A stretch of DNA of 64,000 nt, taken from the NCBI GenBank assembly GCA_973895155.1, contig OZ316898.1:994751-1058750 (forward strand), in the 5' to 3' direction. The notes beneath the pieces are model-generated. The model was not told the origin of the DNA. It did not search any database and saw only the letters and a list, made by a program, of their open reading frames with translations. This DNA is from Marsupella aquatica (Eukaryota > Plantae > Marchantiophyta). The position numbers and the translations under genes were made by a program. This document shows, piece by piece, positions 11,196-23,341 of the stretch; within the stretch, counting starts at the first letter, position 1, and the number at the start of each line of letters is the position of its first letter.

Positions 11196-11336
11196 AATAT
11201 AGAGGAATATCCAGCAAACAACCAATTTTTGAGCCGACAAGTTGTCATTTGTCGTGTCCGACAAGTCGACAACGTGTCCAACAGTGAAAACCGGGCACCC
11301 ATGTGAACACGATGAAAAGTCGTGTATTGCATTCTT

Positions 11337-11543
11337 GGGGGTCTCACTATATGGATGTCTCCCCATCCCCTGACGTTTTTAGGCCTCGGACCCCCTAAAA
11401 TGTAAGATTTTTTTAAGAAAGACCCTAATGTTCTTATCAGTCTTAAAATTGAATTTAAAAGATCCTATTGTTCTACTGCAAAAATTCTTAAGTCTTCCCT
11501 TCAAACCAATAAACTGACCCTATCCTTCGTCGCACGTGATGTG
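11337..11543 (+). repeat. Partial copy of a dispersed repeat starting GGGGGTCTCAC (same family as 34010-34610)
   Basis: GGGGGTCTCAC[T/G]ATATGGATG.CTCCCCATC...TTTTAGGCCTC.GACCCCCTAAAATGTAAGA...GACCCTAATGTTCTTAT...AAAATTCTTAAGTCTTCCCTT..AACCAATAAA.TGACCCTAT is shared with 34010-34272. Confidence 0.85.
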
Positions 11544-14500
11544 CCATTTTTGTGACAGTGAAACCCCCAAGATTGCATTAATGTTACTGCAAAATTACAT
11601 CAGCTGATGTTCCAGGGAGAGATTGAGCAATATAAAACTAGAGCATAGCTGGTGACCCCAACGCTTTCCCTTTCAGCTTCTAGGCACTCATACCCCTAGC
11701 CTGAATCCAATCTGCACAGAAATATGGGGTGGCGGAATTGGAAGCAGGTCTTTTAGTGAAGTGCATCCTTGGTTTGTAACTTGTATTCCCCTCTTACATA
11801 GTTATCAGGTGAACACCCTATCCTCTCCAGCACTATTAATGATTACATTCAATTTCCCTCATAGCAAAATGAAAAACTATTTGCTTTGAGGTAACCTCAA
11901 GCCCGAGTTTGGTGAAGGATCCCCGTTCCCAGCAAGGTAAGCCTGCTGTTGCAATCGCAGCCCAGTGCAATTTGTAAGCTTTTTCCTTTGTTGCCAGGGT
12001 CACCTTGTGTTGGAGAAGACCCTAAAAAATTCCTTATCTAAATTTTCTGGATTAATTTATGACACTTACATCTCTCCACATTTGAGGATAAACATCAGAT
12101 TAGTGGTGACTAGCATCAGTCATAGCATGTAGTACTCCAACAATTAGTTTGAGGATCCCTAGCTTATGTAAGCTTAATTTCATGATCAAGTTGGAAAGAT
12201 CCTTTATTTAGGCACCATATCCAATTGCCAGCAGTGTGAAAGACTGTCTGTCGGCAATTCCCACAAAGAAACTGCTCATGGTGTTACTAGATATGCCTTG
12301 GCTGTAATATATGTCTCAAGAGCACATTGTTCCCAATTTTCAGGCGTTGCTGTTGTTATGGACACAAATCACGAATTGAAGTCTGGTGCAAAAGTTCACT
12401 AAAACAAGTTTCAAAGGAAACATCAGCATACTGATACTTAGGTTGAATAATGAATCTAAAAGGTGGCAACCCAGTATAAGCTGAGTGATAGACCTGTTAC
12501 ACATCCCATCCCGAGTTCTCAACTCTCTGTGTGGGGAGTGTCATGCCTCACCCCCCATAAGTCAGTCTAACTCAATCCACCCTCTGATAGTCTGGTCATG
12601 ATGTGGAACTTCAGGCACAAACAGTAGACTCTTGCATGATAGATTTAAGTTTCTTGCCTATATAAATATACCGTCAAGGCAATCAAAAATCATTCATGCC
12701 CTCAAAAGGGATCATCGTGTCACCCTGCATAAATGAACCCTCCAAGCTCAGGGTGGCTTTACAAGAACTTGGGGGCAGCAATTCCTTTTTTTGTAAGTGA
12801 AAGATGCAATCCTAGCCATTCATATGTGGGAACTGGCCACACTTCACTTTACATGAACTTGAGGGCACAATGAACCAAAAGCATACCGAACCTAGTCATT
12901 TGTTAGTGGGCCCAGTGTGGGTCCCTTTCTTGGCTGAGGTGTGCAAGTTTTTTTGTCAAAATCTTAGACCTCCTCTTGAGGTGGTCTAAAAACTTGGAGC
13001 AAACGGCCCCTTATTGTCAGGGAATTGCATTGATTACTTCCAAACCTGTCCAAACCTGACACATTTTGGCTCAGGCATTTTAACTTTTGTGTAAATAAAT
13101 GGCCATCAGTTTTGCTCTGGATGGAGAGAGAGTGAACTGCCCCCACGTCTTGTAAAACCCCCCCTCAATTCCCCATTGCAGGTTGAAGAGAATTGGCAGA
13201 GAAAATTTGTGGGATGTAGTACAGACGCATTTGTACGTTTGCAAGGTGGTCATGAATTATCGCTTTAGTTGAATTGGTAGAGACAGACACAGAACTCTTG
13301 CCTGTTGAAATTTCTGATAACTCGATAAACTCATAAGCGCGAGAGGGATACATACAAGAATGAAGGAGGAAAGACTCCCGTGAGACCATACAAAGACAAA
13401 GCTCTGTAAGCTATGGTTGATCACAGATTAGGTCACTATAACCTGACCAAGGCCTACTGTACTCTTTGTTTGCCGTGGTTACCATTTATTGATGTGATGG
13501 CCAAAAATGACAGGTATGGTTTTGTAGCTGTTTATTGATGTGAGCCTAAATCAGAGGAGCACTCCGCACAAGAGATGATGGGTGTAATGTCCAGAAGACA
13601 AAAGAGTTCTGACATTGCCGACTTGTCACTTCCAGGGTCTTGTAAATGTTTGCCTGTCTTGTAAATGTCCTCTCGGTCGCCATGGGGATGGAACCACTGA
13701 CATTTAAATTCTTCGTCACCACTAGCTCATGAATTGAGGTTTCTTCGCAATCGGTCCGAGGGGAACTTTCCCTTTTCCTTCGGAAAATAGTTACCGCCCA
13801 GGGTCTAATTCTGGCCAGAATTTACAAGAATGTATAATACATGGTTTACCTGTCTTGGTCGGTTGTTCTTTCTCTAAAGTGGAATTGTTTGACATGCTGT
13901 AGGAAAGTTGCTTGAAGAGAATTTCTGGGAGCTAATGCCTGCCACTAGTGGTCGAATCTCGGTTGACGAATTTGCTTTTGCGTAAATTTAAATGTTTTGT
14001 GAATCTCACTGATTGCACGACTTTTCAGGATTGAATTGGCTCTTTTGAATACTTTCCTGTTTTTTGGTGAACCTGGAATCAAATTGGTGGTCTTGGTACT
14101 CGTGTGCTTTGGCTACTTTCCAGTGATGTAGCTGCAAAGTTTTTTGAGTGGCCCCTGGACGTGAATGTGTTGATTATACATAGCGCCATCTGGTTCCTGG
14201 GATGAGAGAACCCAAGAACTCTATCCGAAACTCTACCCTGAGGCCTGAGCGATTTCTGAACGAGATGACGGGAGAAGATAACGGCTGGAAGAATGTGTAC
14301 GACTGTCATCAGCAGTTTTTAGTATTTTTGAAGTGCGGTAGGTCCCATGATAGTACCACCAAAACCTCTGCTGGTGGCAGTATGTCTAATTCCTGGTGGG
14401 GACTGTGATCGTCTTCCAACTGTCTACATTACTTTGGGTTGCGCCGCATGGGTGGCCAGGTTTCTTGTTTCTTGCTGGAAATAACTTTCTGGGAGGGGGA

Positions 14501-16955
14501 AGCGCACTCATGTCATCTCCTATGTGTGTCAAATTCTTGAGGTTGACGGTCATCCTTTCGGAACACCCTCGGCCTAAGCGATAGTGTTTGTTAAGCGAGA
14601 GTATTTAGACTCATACGAATGACATAGAAATTGCAAGACGAAACATCCATCCATACAAAACATAACATAGATGTAGTTGTGGCGCAGAAAGCACCAACTA
14701 ATTTCTGCTTCAGTGATACAACAGAGTAGCCTGATATCTAATTGCCATTGAAGCTAGTAGGGATCACCTGCCTATCCTCATCAGCCCAATCACCGTTCTA
14801 ATTACCTGGGCAGGGATCGGTGGCAGCAAATTGAGTAACGATGAAGACAGATTGTGACATCATCTTCAGATCTAAGAATGAAATACAAATCTGGTGAATT
14901 TGCTCAAAGAAATGAGATGAGTTCACCTGATTTTTGTATCACCTTCCATGTCTAGACTTTGACAGAAATTAAAATACCTAGCAACAACAGATTCAGTCAG
15001 CATGACCAATTGATGCAGCTTTTTTGAGTTTGCTGACAATTGAAGCGTCGACTTCTGAAGCTGCACTAACGGATTCAGCAGTCACTATGAGGAACTGATG
15101 CAGCTTCAGAACTTGATGCTCAAGTTGTCCGAGAAAGAGCTTACAACGTTTAGCGAACACCCGACGAAACCTATGCAAAAACAATTCTTTTACACCTGGA
15201 CAATGCAGTCCTCGTTAAACGTCAGATAGTGGTTTTGACTCATACTGTGCATTTCTTTGCCTTGAATACCGAACTCTTACTGTGGATTACCGAAAGCTGA
15301 CCCATCCAACAGAGGATAGACGATTAACTCCGGAGCATGCACCTCTGTAGGGTATCCCACCTCTGTAGGGTAGCTCACAAGGGGGGTCATACCCAGTAGT
15401 ACCAGGAGGGAGAGAGAGTTGGACCAGAGCCCCAAAGCAGACTAGCCGACTAGCCAGGGGCTGAAGAGAAACCATGACTCCCACCACTACACCCCACCCA
15501 CACACTGTGGTTTTGACTCTTACTGTGCATTTCGATTGCTACATTGCGTTCGCTTTGTTCACAGACTTATTTCTGAGGTCAGCTAGCGGTCACAGAGCGC
15601 GTATCCCAAGGAGATGAAGACATAAAGCTGCGCTACAGTGGTCAATTGTGGATGCGGCGAGCAATTGCATGTAATATCACTAGCCAGCTTTATGACGATG
15701 AAAATTCACAACTGTAATAGCAACATGAAGACGCAGCGCCGCTATCTGAATATGTTGTATGTACCTTAATTGTTTGCGTGCATGGAATTTTTACTAGAAA
15801 ATGAGACCAAAATGGGATTCTTTGGTCGAAGGAATACTTTGGATGTGCTCGCTTAACTGTTAGCCCAATCTGATATGGATCCACAGGAGATGGTCAGATT
15901 TTCCTGTTGCCAGCAGCCCTGCACTTTCACTTACTTTCGGCACAAAAGGTGCACTATTAGACCCATACAGTGAAAATGTGACCTCATAGGGAAGGCCCGA
16001 TGATGAGGAGGTACCTTCTCCAGCGAAAATGCTCTCCAGACCAACGTGAGATTTTTTATGAAAACTCTAAACGCAGGGAGATCATTCACTTCTGGTGGAA
16101 GGAGACGGATCACAGATGTAGAGGATCTATCAATATAAACCCTCCAAGAAACTTCTTTTGTCGAGATATCGGACATTAGGAGTATTCTCTACCCCCGATC
16201 TCTCATAATCCCAGTCTTCACGAGTATGACATAGGCGCAAACTTTACACATACCTCTGGTGATCCTGGCTTTACTTCGAGTTGCGAGGTTCGTTGATTTC
16301 TCGACATCTCTAGTATGAGCATATCATCAGTCAATCAAACGGCCACCGACTCGAGACGTTGCTTGCCGGGGTCAAGATCAAAGCATGAATGAATGATGTA
16401 CCAAAAACTTGTTGGCCATGGCAGAACTTTCTCAGTAGAGCCAACTGAAGTGTCCAATCTTAAAAATGTGTGAGAATCAGTGTTTTAAAAACTGCATTTG
16501 TCGAGCTTGATCGTTCTATCTCAACTTTTCAGAAGTCGACGGGGTTTGTACATAAAGCTCTTCTATATCATATTGTAGTCAGTTTGGAGAGTCTTGTCTC
16601 AACACGGCACGGCAGCGGTACTTTCTAAACAAAATCAATCCGGAGGTTGGAAAACCATACAATAAAAACTCCATGCACCTCATCACCTGACGCTAACATC
16701 AAGACCAGGAAAGCAACTCCGTCACTTCTTGACGTATTTCGAGATCGACAACTATCCATTACATTAAAGTAACCAGAGGCAAAACTTTGATGTGTGTCAG
16801 CGACTGCTAGACGGGCTAATGATTTGCCAGCCAAAGACTGCAGCTATGCTGCCGAATGAGCAAATACGGTGGTGAACAATTTTATACAGAGTATGGCTAT
16901 ACAGGTAACTACTGCTATTGCAATGTGCTGCTAACTCGACTCGATAAAGAGCCAC

Positions 16956-19842
16956 CTAAAGATATTTATCTACAAGTCTTCCAAGCACCTGGTTCCAAGC
17001 ATCTATTGGCCCAGGCAGGCACCAGTGAAGGCAGTCATTGGGATGATACACAGTAGGATCCAATCCGAAGTCCGGGTGGGGCACACGGAAACGACCTGGA
17101 TGTCCATCAGCTCGTTGCAACGACACTTTTGTCACATCCAGAACTTCAATCCGAGCATCCTTCTTCAGCTCTCTGTTCTGTTTGACGATGCCATTGAACT
17201 CCTCAAAGAAAATGTCATGCATTATGTTGTGCTCTCCTGAAAATTGGGTACTCTCCAGTGGTTGAAGCGGCAGTTTTCGTTTGCAATCTCCACCATTATC
17301 CCATGATCCGTTCTCGAAATGCGAGAGGGGAAATGTGCTCATCACGGCGACACCTTTATACTCATCAGAGACCTTTTCCAGAACCTGGCGGATCGCTGCT
17401 CTGTAGGCTTCGTGATATGAAAGGTCGGTCAGGTTTAATCCTGGGCAATAATGACATCCGATCACCTCCTGTTGCTTCATGTACAACGCCATTTTAGGGT
17501 ACCACTGGCCTGTTGAGAAAATGAAGAAGTCGAAATCCTGCATCACAGATGTCCAGGCAGTATCCAGCACATCCAAATAGACTAGACTTCGGCCTTTCGC
17601 AAAACCCATGTCTCCTGCATCGTCAACATCTTTGAGTAGGTACGGAGACCAAAACCTAGCCAAAATGAATTGGTGTTCTTTGAACAGCCACCGGCTTGTC
17701 CTGTCGTCTTCTGAAACGTACGTTCTAATGGGTATCTCGACCTGCACGTCAGACAGTCGCGGCAGAATTTTGTGAACGGAAACAGCTAAATCATGAGACA
17801 TTACCGAACTTCTTGAAAGAAATTTTCAAGTCCTGAATCAAATAATAGAGCCATCAGGTCCTCACGAGTCATGTAACATTAGTTAATCGCGTTACGAATC
17901 TCGACGGCAAGATATTTGTCAGCTCCTTGAAATCCCAAAAGCGTGAGGCAGCACAGATTCAACCAACAATCAGATTCGACCGACACTCGATCGGGGATGA
18001 TTATCTGGACTTCTCCAGCTTAAGACGGAGACATGACTCAAACAGAATGTGGCATTCATACGCCAAAGAGCAACTTAGTGTACCTGAGACAGCAGACATT
18101 GCAGCGACTGCATTTGGTTGCGAGAAATGGAGTCGCCTGCGAAGGCAATCGCCTTGCCCCTGAACTTGTCAAGGAATGACTTGGCGTCAAAACGAGGCAG
18201 GTCGCAACCTCGAGGTTTCCATTTCCAGTACAAATAATCGGTATCTGGCCTTCCGTTGGACAGGCAATCTTGAAACTCTTGAATGTAGGAGCATGTCGCA
18301 TTCGTGTATAGAGGACCTTCTGGATCGTGCTCCCACTCCCCTTCAACGAGGTCGCATTCTCCTGCAAAGACAAATGTCTCTCCTTCAGCCGCTTTAATAA
18401 CAATTGCCCCTCGAGAGGGATGCTACGTACCCAGTGATCAAACAAGAAATTGAACTCGATTTTCTCCTCAAACATTCTAATTCGGCTAATAGACATTCGA
18501 GAATGAACATCGCCGCACTGTCACGCGCATTTAGGAATTGCGTACAATTTCCTCTTGGAGATCAAATCAAGCTTATCAAAAAGCGCAGTCAGAAGGTGAG
18601 ATGAAGCCCATGCGAATTAGATTTCGGGTACGTACGAACATGGTATAATAATGTTGCATTGAAGGGAGCAGATTCAGGTATGAATTACTGGAAAATTACA
18701 CGCGCATGTTAAAGACGTTTGGAACAGGAGAGTTATAGTGTAAAGAGAAGACGGAAATGATGGGAAATACCTGTAGGCATTTCTCCATAAGTCTGGTCAC
18801 TGTCCTGCTGTGGTCTATCTTCCCCCTTATCAACCTGCTCCACGGGTTTCGGTTCGTCCTCTGCCAGCTTAGGAAGCTCAGGCAGCTTCGTCTCTTCGTG
18901 TTCTTCCCGCTGCTGCTGTGGTCTATCTTCCTTTTTATCAACCTGCTCCATGGGTTTTTGTTCTTCCCCTGCTAGCTTAGGCAGCTTCGTCTCCTCGTGT
19001 TCATCCCGCTGCTGCAGTGGTCTATCTTCCTCCTTATCAACCTGCTCCACGGGTTTTGGTTCTTCCTCTGCTAGCTTAGGCAGCTTCGTCTCCTGGTTTT
19101 CTTCCCCCTGCTGCTGTGGTCTGTCTTCCTCGTCAACCTGCTCCACTTGTTTTTGTTCTTCCTCTGGCAGCTTGGGCAACTTCGTCCCCTCCTGAATCCT
19201 CCTCACTTCTTGGGAGTTATCCTGATGTGAGTTGTTTTCGTTGACTTCTACCCGTTTCTTCCCTTCATTTTTGACATTCTCCTCGTCTTTGGACTCGTCC
19301 TGCCGCATATTTTCCACATCAGTTCTCGCTTCTTGGGGTCTTAGTTCCTCAGCAGCAGTCGTATTTCCCACCTTATCCTCACTCTTTTTAATCATCTCCG
19401 CAGCCTCATGTTGTTGTTCTTCCTTCTCGTTATCCTCAGGCAAGCCGAAGTGGTCTTCGTTGGTTGTCACTGGCGAGAAATCTTTCATAAGCTCCGTCGA
19501 GTTCTCAAATCCAGCGGGAGTGATTTTCTCATCCTGTGTCCGATTGAAATTATGTTTGATCCAATCGTCATGGGTGATCCAGGCGTCCTCATCGGGTCGA
19601 ATGAGAGGAGTTGGTCCAGGTGATACATTTTCCTCGGGCCGCAAGCTGATTGTGGGGGAGCCAACAGCCTCTGATTGGAAGGAGAATGTGATTTCGGATA
19701 GGAACAGGAACTGGAACAAAATTAATGGCACAATTACAGCCAAAATCCAGGACAATAAATATCGGTTCTGGAGGAAGCGCCGCCTCGAGTTCGACCACAC
19801 TGATGACCGCTCCGACCCAGCAGAATCTTCCGAGAATGTCAT
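16956..19842 (-). CDS. Trichome birefringence-like (TBL / PMR5N + PC-esterase) polysaccharide O-acetyltransferase, 3 exons, about 711 aa
   Basis: Exons 19842-18771, 18361-18084 and 17741-16956 have GT-AG introns in consistent phase. N-terminal TM anchor (LLSWILAVIVPLILFQFLFL), long acidic stem, ECDLVEGEW..C..NGRPDTDYLYWKWKP..GCDLPRFD..GDSISRNQMQSL, RADGHP and catalytic DCLHWCLPG. Resembles the TBL19-27 (AXY4/XyBAT-like) group; the subclade is an inference. Confidence 0.93.
18805..19190 (-). repeat. Coding tandem repeat (~33 aa / ~99 bp x4) in TBL stem
   Basis: TKLPKL(P/A)EEE(Q/P)K(Q/P)VEQVD(K)EEDRPQQQ occurs four times in exon 1. Confidence 0.9.
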
Positions 19843-20710
19843 GGTCTCTTCTCGACCCTGCGAACAATGTAGCTCGCTCTCGGACTGCCACTGAAGATCC
19901 TATCGAACCACAGTTCTCATCCTACCGAAGCAGCTCTCGGACTGAAATTCTCCCGGATCAACCGCCGACCTTTCTGCGTTGTCGATGGACAGGGAGTGCC
20001 GCATCACTCGGCACGGCTGCATCGGACCCAACTACTCAAGATTGCGCAGCAGAGTCGACATCTCTGCTCAATCAGCGTTCAGCAAGGGATATCTCTCACG
20101 AACTCTACAGTACGAGTCCTGTCCGAGTGCAAATACAATGGGAGCAGTCGAGGCCCAGCACATTTTATTTGATGCTGTCCCACCGATCATTGATTCATTG
20201 GGCTTCGACGTCTTCCAATTTGTCTTTGACTGCAGCAATCAATCAAGCACTCCCATCGTCGACAGTGGTGCCAATCTTCACTCCGATCGAGGCCAAGCGA
20301 GGGAAACTGGGAAAGCCAGTACTAGCCTGTTTAGCTCTGCCCATAGCTCTGCCCAGAGGGAACTATTTGACTACTTCACTGTTTGCCTTGTAGACTCCAT
20401 TTGACTATTTGACGCCTAATAACTCAGGCATGCAACGTACTGTTGGGACTGCCATTTATAGAAGTTTCTACTTCTGTAGTTTTCTAGTTGACAGTGACCA
20501 TTTTTGGGCTTCGTTTGCTTACTAATATGTGAAAAGGCGGGAAAGAATCCAGATCGTCCATTGAAAAGAAGATTTTTAATGACCATTGGATGACACCAAA
20601 ACCATCCAAGTGTCTCCCCTCATTTCTCAATTCTATCTCACATGCAAAGGTAAGTAAGGCCAAGGTATATGTCACCACTTAGAAACCAAAGCACATTTGA
20701 ACACTTTACG

Positions 20711-20888
20711 TGCTCTAATTCCGCTTGCTGACAATTGTACTTGAAGGTACAATGATTGTGGGAACTACTGTAAGTAGAGTGTACTTTTGGTTTCTCATCA
20801 TGCTCTAGTTACACTTGCTGACAATTGTACTTGAAGGTACAATGATTATGGAGTTAATTAGAGTATACTTTTTGGTTTCTCATCATGG
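20711..20888. repeat. ~92-bp imperfect tandem duplication
   Basis: TGCTCTA.TT.C.CTTGCTGACAATTGTACTTGAAGGTACAATGATT...TTTTGGTTTCTCATCATG occurs twice. Confidence 0.8.
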
Positions 20889-21537
20889 AGGTTGAATCAA
20901 AATTTGACATATAAGATGTACAGCACCTGTGCATACCATGATAACCCTAGTTTTTTTTCTTTCAATCAATGAATGAATGCAACCACATTTTGATATGTGA
21001 TTACCAGTAGGGATAGAAGTTATATTGGAGTATAATTAGTACACTCCCCAAAAGATATGGCAATACCTAGGGACAGAGAAAATTTGGCACATGGAGAGTT
21101 TACATGGAGAGTTTAATACATGGAAAAAAGTAAGACTAGATAGGGAAAAGAGAAGGAAAACAACAGGGGATAGTTGCATGTTTTAGTGCATAGCAAAAAT
21201 TAAAATGAAATTAAAAATCTAAAAACTGCTCACTTTGTGCCACCATGCTTGACAAGAGCATGGGATGTGAGATGGCAACCATTTATTGTTTACAAAACTA
21301 AATCTTTTGCAGTTAGACTTATTTTATGCAACCAAACCCTAAATGCAATAACATTATTTACACAAAAAAATTGGACATAATGTCATTTTTCCTTCAGAGC
21401 ATCTTTTGCATAACAATATGATTTTCACAAGGACATCTTTACCAATGTGAACTTTTGTGTCTATAAGAACATATTTATTCAATAATGTTTTTTGTGCATT
21501 GCATGGGGAATGAGCTTGCCTTTATTTATTTAGGTTG

Positions 21538-22240
21538 TCTTGACATCTTTGTCTTCCCTTGACATTTATCCCTTGCCTCAACATCATTGTCTTGCCTTGA
21601 CATCTTTTCCTCGCCTCAAATTTTTTTCTTTCCTCAACATACTTTCCTCACCTCGACTTTGTCTTAACATCTTTTCCTTGCCTCAAGATCTTTTGTGCAA
21701 CACTTGCCTACATTTCTTCGTGTCACTTCAACATCTCTGTGTTGCCTTGACGACTTTGCCTCTACTTGATATCTTTTGCTCCCTTCAACATTTTTCCTTC
21801 ACCTCGACATCTTTTCCTCACCCCGACATCTTCTACAAGTATTAAGGTCTTGATTCCGGATTATGAGGAGGGTCTTGCAAGGTTGACCAAAAATTTTCTA
21901 TATGATGAGGTTGGTATATGCATGAGTGTGGTATTAATGTCTTCAAGGAGCATCTTTTGTCTCCTTGAAATGTTTCTCTCAACTTCACATCTTTTTCTCT
22001 CTTCAACTTCTTTTATTACCTCGACAGCTTTTTCTCACCTCGACAGCTTTTTCTCACCTTCACATCTTTTTTCACCTTGACATCTTTTTCTCATCTCGAC
22101 CTTTTTTCGTATCTCGACATCTTTTTTCACCATTGTCATTTTTTCTCTCCTTGACATCTTTTATCATCTCGACATCTTTTTCTCACCTCTATTTCATTTC
22201 TCACCTCAACATCTTTTTTCACCTTGCCATTTTTGCTCTT
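21538..22240. repeat. Degenerate ~19-20-bp minisatellite (CTCGACATCTTTTTCTCAC-like)
   Basis: Many variants of (C/T)T(C/T)(G/A)ACATCTTTT...CTCAC, interrupted at about 21840-21950. Confidence 0.8.
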
Positions 22241-22730
22241 CATGACAAGTGACAACTATGTAGAATACATTAAAAAAGGAAGTTGGCAGGTAAACTAAAA
22301 AAAGAAGTGGTAAGGTCATCTAAAAAGGATGTTATCATACTGGTAGTTACTCTTATAGTAATCAAACCCACCAACCGTTGCAGATGGTCTTACTAATTAC
22401 GTACAAGTAGGTTTTCACGAATTTAACTTATCTTGGTGGTGCGAACATGATTTCCATGACAGTAAAGCTATCCGATAAATGTTGAGGCTGAATTTCATGT
22501 GATCATGACTGCTACTCAAACCCAACAATGTGTTACGAAATTCTGTAAATGCTTACTCTTCACCGTATTGTTGTTAAGACATAATAATAAGTATTCTAAA
22601 TAAAGCGCCTTCTGCAAGACACTGTCCCGACAAAGTGGCAAATTAATTATCTCTGACATCTTCCCCACACGACAATTTGTGCCACTGCAGATTCCGATTT
22701 GTGAGACACGGGCAGAGTCTCAGTCTATTC

Positions 22731-23341
22731 GAGTGTATTTTTTAAGGTTTTTAATTTTTAGCCCGTGGCGAATGTTTGGGGAAGAGATTCTAGTAATATT
22801 TTAGTTTACTGAATTAAATTTGGACCGTCAGATATCTCTATATTTAAGGAGGACTCTTAGATTCTGGTTAATGGGGTTTAAGATTTGGTGGAAGAGTGGC
22901 TGATGGTGTCAGAAAAATGTAGTCAATATCTTATATTGAAGGAGTACCCTTAGATTCTGGCTAATGGGGTCTATGATTTGGTGGAAGAGTGGCTAATGGT
23001 GTCCAAAAAATGTAACCAATATTAGCCAAAAGTGGCGAAATGTTTTAGGGGAGGTGTAATCAAATTTTGACCGTCAGATATCTCTATATTTAAGGAGGAC
23101 CCTTAGATTCTGGTTAATGGGTTTTAGTATTTGGTGGAAGAGTGGCTAATGGTGTCAAAAAAAATGTAGTCAATATCTTTATATTTAAGGAGGACCCTTA
23201 GATTCTGGCTAATGGAGTCTATGATTTTGGTGGAAGAGTGGCTAATGGTGTCCAAAAAATGTAGCCAATATTAGCCAAAAGTGGCGAAATGTTTTAGGGG
23301 AGGTGTAATTTAGCTAAAATTCGCACTCAAAAAATACGCTG
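22731..23341. mobile_element. Non-autonomous hAT-type element (MITE), 611 bp
   Basis: 8-bp TSD GTCTATTC at 22723-22730 and 23342-23349. Imperfect TIR GAGTGTATTTTTT versus reverse complement CAGCGTATTTTTT. The interior is four ~93-bp repeats arranged as two ~247-bp higher-order units. Confidence 0.8.

Noticed and set aside
10717-11366. Overlapping Pro-rich and Gly-rich ORFs on both strands
   Set aside because: They are by-products of a stop-poor GC-rich low-complexity tract.
11570-16330. Possible decayed coding sequence, with faint similarity of 14100-14400 (-) to 36400-36650 (+)
   Set aside because: Only short word matches; I could not support a domain or alignment by eye.
18056-18496. 146-aa minus-strand ORF
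   Set aside because: It is an alternative frame over TBL exon 2 and introns; the real exon (18361-18084) is in another frame.
19232-20404. Plus-strand ORFs of 141-222 aa opposite the TBL 5' end
   Set aside because: Ser-rich antisense shadows of the acidic exon and GC-rich 5' region, with no domain signal.
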